Below are positions 57,601 to 64,000 of a stretch of 64,000 nucleotides of DNA, piece by piece. The stretch is from Candidatus Sulfomarinibacteraceae bacterium (lineage in GTDB: Bacteria; Acidobacteriota; Thermoanaerobaculia; Thermoanaerobaculales; Sulfomarinibacteraceae). The position numbers and the translations under genes were made by a program. The notes below the pieces were generated by a model that saw nothing but the letters and a program-made list of their open reading frames with translations, was not told the origin of the DNA and did not search any database. The DNA lies in contig CAWCLO010000010.1 of assembly GCA_963796455.1 (NCBI GenBank), forward strand, positions 320,001 through 384,000, in the 5' to 3' direction. Numbering within the stretch: position 1 is the first letter of the stretch; each line of letters begins with the position of its first letter.

Positions 57601-58902
57601 TCACCCGGACGACGGATCGTGGCGGCCGGTCCAACTCAAAAGCGGGCGCATGACGCCCGCGAAGGGCCGCATCACATCCCCCCTCACCGCGGCTCCATCT
57701 TCGACCGAGAAAGCCAGCGCCTCGAACTCGCGGAAGTGCAGACGGGACGGCGAGTGGAGGGTCTTCGCCTGGACGGTGACCCGGTGCAGACCGGGAGCGA
57801 GGAGATTGGCCGGCACCGTGCACACGGACCGGAAGCTGCCTTTGGGACGAGTTTTCCCGTGCCACTCGGAATCCACGATGTCATGGGAGGAGAAAAGCAT
57901 GATGCCATCCTCATTGACAAAGGTCAGACCGATGTTGAAGGCGACTTCACCACTCAACGTTTCAAACTCGACTTGGATCTGAAACTCGCGATCGGACATG
58001 ACCACATCACCGGTTTGCCCGTCATCCGCGAGAAGCGACACCCGTCGCAACCTGACGACATCATTTCCAGGCGCCGAGGTGAGCAGCTTCCACTCTCGCA
58101 CGCCGCAGGTTTGGGTCTCCGTTCCGAGGTAACGTCTCACCACCTCGGCGGCCGGGCCGTCCGCTGCCAGACGCCCGTCCTCGATCATCAGCACCCTCGA
58201 ACACAGTTGTTGGATCGCGATCATGTTGTGGGAAACGAAAACGACCGTCCGGCCCCGACCACCGATATCGCGCATCTTGGACAGGCACTTCTTTTGAAAA
58301 GCCGCATCACCGACTGCCAGAACCTCGTCGATCAGCAACACATCCGGTTGCAGGTGGGCGGCAACCGCAAAGGCCAAGCGAAGATACATCCCACTGGAGT
58401 AGCGCTTGACCGGAGTGTCGATGAATTTTTCGATTTCTGCGAAGGCAACAATGTCGTCGAATGAACGTACGACATCGGATCGGGACATCCCGAGAATCGC
58501 TCCGTTGAGATAGATGTTCTCGCGTCCGGTGAGTTCGGGATGGAAACCGGTGCCAACCTCGAGCAGGGATCCGACGCGGCCGCGGATGTAGACATCGCCT
58601 TCCGTCGGGTAGGTAATCCTCGACAACAATTTGAGAAGGGTAGACTTGCCGGCTCCATTGCGTCCGACAATGCCGACAACCTCTCCGGTCTCAACGGTGA
58701 ATGAGACTTCCTGCAACGCCCAGAAGAGTTCTTGATCGTGATCCGCCCGGGATTGTTTTCCACCAATGAGGCGGGCCACATTGCGGCCTGCGCCGCGCGC
58801 CCAACCAACGATCGCATCACGAATCGTTGGAAACCGTTCGACGCGCTTGCCCAGTCGGTACTGTTTGCCAAGCCCTTCAACACGAATGGATTCCTGAACC
58901 AT
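57601..58902 (-). CDS. wzt: Polysaccharide ABC exporter ATPase with a C-terminal Wzt carbohydrate-binding domain
   Basis: GRNGAGKST, YSSGM and DEVLAVGD motifs; long C-terminal extension. Confidence 0.92.
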   Translation of the reverse strand: MVQESIRVEGLGKQYRLGKRVERFPTIRDAIVGWARGAGRNVARLIGGKQSRADHDQELFWALQEVSFTVETGEVVGIVGRNGAGKSTLLKLLSRITYPTEGDVYIRGRVGSLLEVGTGFHPELTGRENIYLNGAILGMSRSDVVRSFDDIVAFAEIEKFIDTPVKRYSSGMYLRLAFAVAAHLQPDVLLIDEVLAVGDAAFQKKCLSKMRDIGGRGRTVVFVSHNMIAIQQLCSRVLMIEDGRLAADGPAAEVVRRYLGTETQTCGVREWKLLTSAPGNDVVRLRRVSLLADDGQTGDVVMSDREFQIQVEFETLSGEVAFNIGLTFVNEDGIMLFSSHDIVDSEWHGKTRPKGSFRSVCTVPANLLAPGLHRVTVQAKTLHSPSRLHFREFEALAFSVEDGAAVRGDVMRPFAGVMRPLLSWTGRHDPSSG

Positions 58903-58905
58903 GGC

Positions 58906-59733
58906 CTAGACGATATCCGCGAAGGATCGTTCCATACGTTGGAAAAAGAAAACCCCGCCGACCAGAACCACCAGCGCCACCGCCGCAGAGACCCAGATTT
59001 CGGGGCCGATTCGGTGTTCACCGCCAAGTAGACACCACCTGAAACCATCGATGACTCCGGCCATCGGATTGAGCCCGTAGATCATTCGCCAGCGATCATC
59101 CAACAGGCTCGCGGGGTAGGCCACAGGGGAAGCAAACAACCAGATCTGGGTCAGGAAGGGCACCGCATGACGAACATCCCGATAGCGGACGTTCAAGGCC
59201 GACAACCACAGACCGACACCAAAAGTCACCACAAAGGCCAGACCCAGAAAGCCCAGAGACAGAAAAGCCCGAGCGGTGATCGCCACGCCGTAAAACCACA
59301 TCATGCCGACCAACACGACGCTGGCGATCAGGAAATCGAAAAGACCCGCAAGCACGCTCGCCAACGGAATCACCACCCTCGGAAAATAGACCTTCGACAC
59401 GAGATTGGCGCTGGCGACGACGCTGCCCGAAGATTGCACCAGACCGTTTGAAAAAAACGTCCACGGCAGCAGGGCGGCAAAGGTGAAGATCGGATAGGGA
59501 AGTCCGTCGGATGGAACCCCTACCAGGCGGCCGAGGAATATGCTGAAGACGACCATCGTGAGCACCGGCTGAATGATGGCCCAAAGGGCCCCGATCGCGG
59601 TCTGTTTGTAGCGCACCTTGACGTCTCGCCACACCAGAAAAAAGAGGAGCTCGCGGAAGGACCACAGCTCCGCGGTGTCGATCGGGATCCATCCTTTCGG
59701 AGCTTGGATGTGGGTGATTTCCGGAGTGCTCAC
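58906..59733 (-). CDS. wzm: Polysaccharide ABC exporter permease
   Basis: RDVKVRYKQT, KVYFPR, YRDVRH and ERSFADIV motifs. Confidence 0.92.
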   Translation of the reverse strand: MSTPEITHIQAPKGWIPIDTAELWSFRELLFFLVWRDVKVRYKQTAIGALWAIIQPVLTMVVFSIFLGRLVGVPSDGLPYPIFTFAALLPWTFFSNGLVQSSGSVVASANLVSKVYFPRVVIPLASVLAGLFDFLIASVVLVGMMWFYGVAITARAFLSLGFLGLAFVVTFGVGLWLSALNVRYRDVRHAVPFLTQIWLFASPVAYPASLLDDRWRMIYGLNPMAGVIDGFRWCLLGGEHRIGPEIWVSAAVALVVLVGGVFFFQRMERSFADIV

Positions 59734-59868
59734 GTAATCCAGTGTGCCACATCAACCAGCTGCAGTGACGTTATCGCCGGCCGGGACGCCTTCAGATTCT
59801 CCGCACAACGGATTCTTTCCGCAGCGAGAAACAGACGGCTGATATCCTTGAATGATGGAGGCCCTGCC

Positions 59869-60921
59869 ATGACACGCGCCCTCACCATCAACCAAAGAAG
59901 GATCGACGACTCGACCGAGTGCTATGTGATCGCGGAAATCGGCCACAACCACCAGGGAGACCTCGGCAAGGCCCGGGATCTCATCAAGACCGCGGCCGAC
60001 TGCGGCGTCGACGCCGTCAAGTTCCAAAAAAGGGACAATCGCAGGCTATTCACCAAGGCCCAGTACGACAAACCCTATGAGAACGAAAACAGCTTTGGCG
60101 CAACCTATGGTGAACACCGCGATTTTCTCGAGTTTGGCGAATCAGAGTTCCTGGAACTCAAGGCTTTCGCAGAGGAGGTCGGCGTGGCCTTTTTTGCGAC
60201 CCCCTTCGAGCGCTGGAGTGCAGACTTCCTAGCGGAGCTCGGTGTCCCGGCATTCAAGATCGCGTCTGGTGATCTGAAAAACACACCCTTGCTCAAACAC
60301 GTCGCGGCCTTCGGCAAACCGATGATCGTCAGCACGGGAGGTGGGACCCTCGACGACGTTCGCCGCGCTGCAGAGACGATCCTTCCGATCAATACCCAGC
60401 TCGCCCTGCTCCAGTGCACCGCCACCTATCCAACAGAGCCCGAAGACCTTCACCTGCGGTGCATCGAAACCTTTCGCGAAGAATTCCCGCAACAGGTAAT
60501 CGGTCTGTCCGATCATTTCAACGGCATCGCGATGTCGATCGTTGCCTATGTGCTCGGCGGTCGAATCGTCGAGAAACACTTCACCCTCAACCATACGTGG
60601 CGGGGCACCGACCACGCCCTTTCGCTCGAACCGATCGGTATGCGCAAGATGGTTCGGGACCTTCAACGAGCCAGGGTCGCCCTCGGCAACAACACCAAGA
60701 CCACCCTCGAGATTGAAGAACCCGCCCTCGCGAAGATGGGAAAGAGCCTCTTCGCGGCGCGCCATCTCGATGCCGGGTCGGCGCTGACGGCCGAAGACAT
60801 CACCATCAAGTCTCCCGGCGGAGGGCTGCCGCCATTCGAATTCGACAGGGTCGTCGGACGCACGCTGCGCACTGCTATCGAAGAGGACCAGTCGATCGAG
60901 GTCGATCACTTCGAGCCGTGA
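59869..60921 (+). CDS. neuB: N-acetylneuraminate/nonulosonate(-9-P) synthase with a SAF domain
   Basis: IAEIGHNHQG, AVKFQKR, KIASGD, GLSDH and EKHFTL motifs. Confidence 0.9.
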   Translation: MTRALTINQRRIDDSTECYVIAEIGHNHQGDLGKARDLIKTAADCGVDAVKFQKRDNRRLFTKAQYDKPYENENSFGATYGEHRDFLEFGESEFLELKAFAEEVGVAFFATPFERWSADFLAELGVPAFKIASGDLKNTPLLKHVAAFGKPMIVSTGGGTLDDVRRAAETILPINTQLALLQCTATYPTEPEDLHLRCIETFREEFPQQVIGLSDHFNGIAMSIVAYVLGGRIVEKHFTLNHTWRGTDHALSLEPIGMRKMVRDLQRARVALGNNTKTTLEIEEPALAKMGKSLFAARHLDAGSALTAEDITIKSPGGGLPPFEFDRVVGRTLRTAIEEDQSIEVDHFEP

Positions 60922-61020
60922 CACGACCGGCAGGCTTCGTTTCAACGAGTTCTCGCAGTTCCACTGTTGAATCGACAAACCACTGTCTTGCAACGACATT
61001 GTGAGCCCGCTAATGTGGAG

Positions 61021-61581
61021 ATGAAGATGCACACCGACGCGCCAACAAGCCAGCAACTCACAACGCCGACGACGTCACCCTTGGTGCTCGCGGCCCTGCG
61101 CGCCGTGCGATTGATAGCCTTCGATTTTGATGGCGTCTTTACCGACAACACGGTGGTGGTCGACGAAAACGGCGTCGAGTCGGTGCGGTGCTGGCGGGGG
61201 GATGGGATTGGATTATCCGCGTTGCGAAAGCTCGGGCTCGAGATGGTGGTGATCTCGACCGAGACCAACCCGGTGGTCAGCACGCGGTGCAAAAAACTGC
61301 AGATCGATTGCCACCAGGGATGTGAGGACAAGATCGGCACCCTCAAGGAGATCGCCAGAGCGACCGGTTGCCCGCTCGAGGAGGCGGCATTTGTCGGCAA
61401 CGACGTCAACGACTCCGCATGCCTCCAGGCGGTCGGTCTTGCGATCGTGGTTGCCGATTCGCACCCGGATGTTCTGCCGCTCGCCACCTATGTCACGCGC
61501 GAGAAGGGGGGCCGCGGGGCGGTCCGTGAAGTGTGCGATCTCATCCGGGCGTCGCGGGAGGGTCACGAAAATGACAGCTAA
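61021..61581 (+). CDS. KdsC-like HAD phosphatase (Kdo-8-P/KDN-9-P phosphatase family)
   Basis: FDFDGVFTD, GNDVND and GGRGAVREVCD motifs. Confidence 0.88.
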   Translation: MKMHTDAPTSQQLTTPTTSPLVLAALRAVRLIAFDFDGVFTDNTVVVDENGVESVRCWRGDGIGLSALRKLGLEMVVISTETNPVVSTRCKKLQIDCHQGCEDKIGTLKEIARATGCPLEEAAFVGNDVNDSACLQAVGLAIVVADSHPDVLPLATYVTREKGGRGAVREVCDLIRASREGHENDS

Positions 61582-62383
61582 CGAAAAGAAACCAATGTTC
61601 GATCTGCGAGGCCGGGTCGCGGTCGTTACGGGTGGGCTCGGCCAACTCGGCCGCGAGTTTTCAGGCGCACTCATCAGCCACGGCGCCAGGGTCGCCATCA
61701 TCGATACCGCCGAAGCTGTGGATCTGCCTACCGCCTGGGGGGAACGGGCGGCCGTGTTTGCCGCGGATGTCACTGACATCGATTCGCTCGCGGAAGCGAA
61801 CTCGGCCATCAGCGAAAGATGGGAGACTCCCCAGATCCTCGTCAACGCCGCCGCACTCGATTCGCCGCCCGATGCGCCACACGGAGAAAACGGCCCATTC
61901 GAGTCCTATCCCGGCGCATCCTTCGACCGGGTAATGGAGGTGAACGTCAAAGGAGTCGCGCTCTGTTGTCAGATCTTCGGTGGTGCGATGGCCGAGGCCG
62001 GTCGCGGTTCGGTGATCAACATCTCTTCCATCTACGGAGCGGTCTCTCCGGATCAGCGGATCTACGAATACCGGCGACGGGACGGTGAGGAGTTTTACAA
62101 ACCCGTGGCGTACTCGGCCTCCAAGAGCGCACTGATGAATCTCACTCGATATCTCGCCACCTATTGGGCACCCCGCAACGTCCGGGTGAACACCTTGACG
62201 ATGGGTGGTGTGTTCAATGGTCAGGATGCCGAATTCCTCGACGGTTATTGCGCCCGCGTCCCGCTCGGGAGGATGGCGGGCAGCGATGACTACAACGGTG
62301 CAATCGTCTTTCTTTCGTCCGACGCCTCAAGATATATGACCGGCTCGAATCTCGTGATCGACGGCGGATGGACAGCATGGTGA
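61571..62383 (+). CDS. Short-chain dehydrogenase/reductase
   Basis: TGGLGQLG, SSIYG, YSASK and IDGGWTAW motifs. Confidence 0.9.
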   Translation: MTANEKKPMFDLRGRVAVVTGGLGQLGREFSGALISHGARVAIIDTAEAVDLPTAWGERAAVFAADVTDIDSLAEANSAISERWETPQILVNAAALDSPPDAPHGENGPFESYPGASFDRVMEVNVKGVALCCQIFGGAMAEAGRGSVINISSIYGAVSPDQRIYEYRRRDGEEFYKPVAYSASKSALMNLTRYLATYWAPRNVRVNTLTMGGVFNGQDAEFLDGYCARVPLGRMAGSDDYNGAIVFLSSDASRYMTGSNLVIDGGWTAW

Positions 62384-63852
62384 CGCAATACCCCGTTCCG
62401 GAGGTCATTCCCAACCACATCGACGGCGCCGACTGCGCGGCGCTCGACAACGGGACCTTCGACAAGATCAACCCGCACGATGGCAGCCGTCTATGGCGGG
62501 GAGTTCGTTCGGGGAGCGCCGAGGTGAAGACCGCGGTCCTGGCAGCCGCACGATCCCAAGCTGCGTGGGCGGCGACCCCGGCGGTACAACGGGGAATGAT
62601 CCTCCATCGCCTGGTGCTGGCAATGCAGGCACACCGGGACGCGATCGCCGAAATCGTTGCCCGCGAGACCGGAAAGTCACCCAAGGAGGCCCGCGGCGAG
62701 ACCGATGCCGCCATCGCTCTCGGACTCTTTTATGCAAGCGAAGGGCAGCGTCTCTACGGCCGAACCACCACCAGCGGAACACCTCACAAAACCGCGATGA
62801 CGGTCCGCCGCCCGGTCGGGGTGGCCGGTCTCATCATCGCTGCCAACACGCCGGTCGCCAACGTCTGCTGGAAGATCTTTCCGGCCCTGGTTTGCGGCAA
62901 CGCCGCGATCCTGAAGGCCGCCGAGGACACTCCGGCAACGGCCTGGATCGTGGGTGCCCTCGCAAAGGAGAGTGGGATCCCAGCCGGAGTCCTCAATATC
63001 ATCCAGGGTCTCGGTGAAGAAGCCGGCGCAGCGCTCGTGGAGCATCCCGGCGTCGATCTCATCAGCTTTACGGGCTCGACCGCTGTCGGGAGAATCATCC
63101 AGCAGGTGGCGGGTCAGCGTCTGGCCCGCGTCTCGCTGGAACTGGGTGGAAAAAATCCCCTGGTCGTGTGCGACGATGCCGACTTGGACAAAGCGGTCCA
63201 CTGGGCCGCTTTGTCGGCGTTCAGCAACGCAGGCCAACGATGCGCTTCGGGCAGCCGACTGTTGGTCTTTGATGCCGTCTATGACGAATTTCGTGATCGA
63301 CTCGTGCAGCATACGCAGACCTTGAGTCTGGGACCGACCGATGAAGATGATCTGGGGCCGGTAATCAACCAACGCCAACTCGACCAGATGATCGGCCATG
63401 TTGAACGGGCACGCGCGGATGGTGCGGCGGTGCTCACGGGAGGCGGACGGATGTCCGACGCCGAACATTCGATGGGATACTACATGGCGCCCACGATCCT
63501 AGAGAATGTAGCTCCCGACGCCGAGATCTCCTGCGTCGAACTCTTCGGACCGGTTACTGCTCTCTATCGGGTCTCCGACTTCAACCACGCCGTTGCCGCT
63601 GCAAACGATTCGCCCTACGGTCTGACCGCGAGCATCCACACCAAGTCCATCGATCGCGCCCAGATTTTTTGCGAGCGCGTGCGAAGCGGAGTCGTGGTGG
63701 TCAACGCCGGCACCTACGGCAGCGAGCCACACATGCCCTTTGGGGGCTTGCGGCAATCGGGCAGCGGGTGGAGGGAACCGGGCACCGAGGCGATCGAGGT
63801 CTACACCGAACTCCAGGATATCTATTTCTGCGCCGACCCGGATCGAATCTGA
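62377..63852 (+). CDS. Aldehyde dehydrogenase
   Basis: FTGSTAVG, LELGGKNP, NAGQRCAS, ELFGP and PFGG motifs. Confidence 0.92.
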   Translation: MVTQYPVPEVIPNHIDGADCAALDNGTFDKINPHDGSRLWRGVRSGSAEVKTAVLAAARSQAAWAATPAVQRGMILHRLVLAMQAHRDAIAEIVARETGKSPKEARGETDAAIALGLFYASEGQRLYGRTTTSGTPHKTAMTVRRPVGVAGLIIAANTPVANVCWKIFPALVCGNAAILKAAEDTPATAWIVGALAKESGIPAGVLNIIQGLGEEAGAALVEHPGVDLISFTGSTAVGRIIQQVAGQRLARVSLELGGKNPLVVCDDADLDKAVHWAALSAFSNAGQRCASGSRLLVFDAVYDEFRDRLVQHTQTLSLGPTDEDDLGPVINQRQLDQMIGHVERARADGAAVLTGGGRMSDAEHSMGYYMAPTILENVAPDAEISCVELFGPVTALYRVSDFNHAVAAANDSPYGLTASIHTKSIDRAQIFCERVRSGVVVVNAGTYGSEPHMPFGGLRQSGSGWREPGTEAIEVYTELQDIYFCADPDRI

Positions 63853-63863
63853 GGACCGAGAAC

Positions 63864-64000
63864 ATGGCTCCCACACATCCATCGATCATCGCGTTGATAC
63901 CCGCCCGTTCAGGGTCGAAAAGAGTACCCGACAAAAATATCCGCAGGCTCGGGGAACACCCTCTGCTGGCCTACTCGATCGCAGCGGCGCGGGCGAGCGG
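63864..64000 (+). CDS. neuA: Acylneuraminate cytidylyltransferase (CMP-nonulosonate synthetase); 3' truncated and absent from the ORF track
   Basis: Manual translation MAPTHPSIIALIPARSGSKRVPDKNIRRLGEHPLLAYSIAAA contains the IPARxGSKR..KN motif. Confidence 0.88.
   Translation, partial: MAPTHPSIIALIPARSGSKRVPDKNIRRLGEHPLLAYSIAAARAS

Overview
GC-rich bacterial chromosome segment. An Acidobacteriota, possibly Thermoanaerobaculia-like, origin is inferred from the acidobacterial-type VWA protein and the overall gene content; this is not proven. From left to right: (1) a CysK-glutaredoxin fusion. (2) A furan/cyclopropane fatty-acid-type lipid modification cassette (FAD oxidoreductase, DUF1365, two SAM methyltransferases, CIA30, Trp-rich protein, DUF1295) beside an ECF sigma with no anti-sigma, whose promoter carries five 11-bp-phased CarH/LitR-like repeats. 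(3) A large multidomain outer-membrane protein and secreted unknowns. (4) Housekeeping genes: an atypical rho, mqnE, cvpA, yceD-rpmF-plsX-fabD-fabG, an ECF/anti-sigma module, acyl-CoA carboxylase subunits, tldD/pmbA, ychF, selA and pilD. (5) A ~26 kb surface-glycan locus with glycosyltransferases, a TMTC-like GT-C protein, asnB, rfbCD, a WbdD-like methyltransferase-kinase, wzm/wzt, and a nonulosonate operon with an added SDR and aldehyde dehydrogenase. The most unusual structure is a four-helix-bundle (23S rRNA-IVP/Avd-like) gene at ~33.0-33.7 kb. It is bracketed by a 26/28-bp inverted repeat and 6-7-bp tandem repeats and has a strong leader hairpin; related gene-less heptamer elements sit in other intergenic spacers. 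No rRNA, tRNA, CRISPR array, transposase or reverse transcriptase was recognised. One clear frameshift and two suspected indel sites may be assembly errors.
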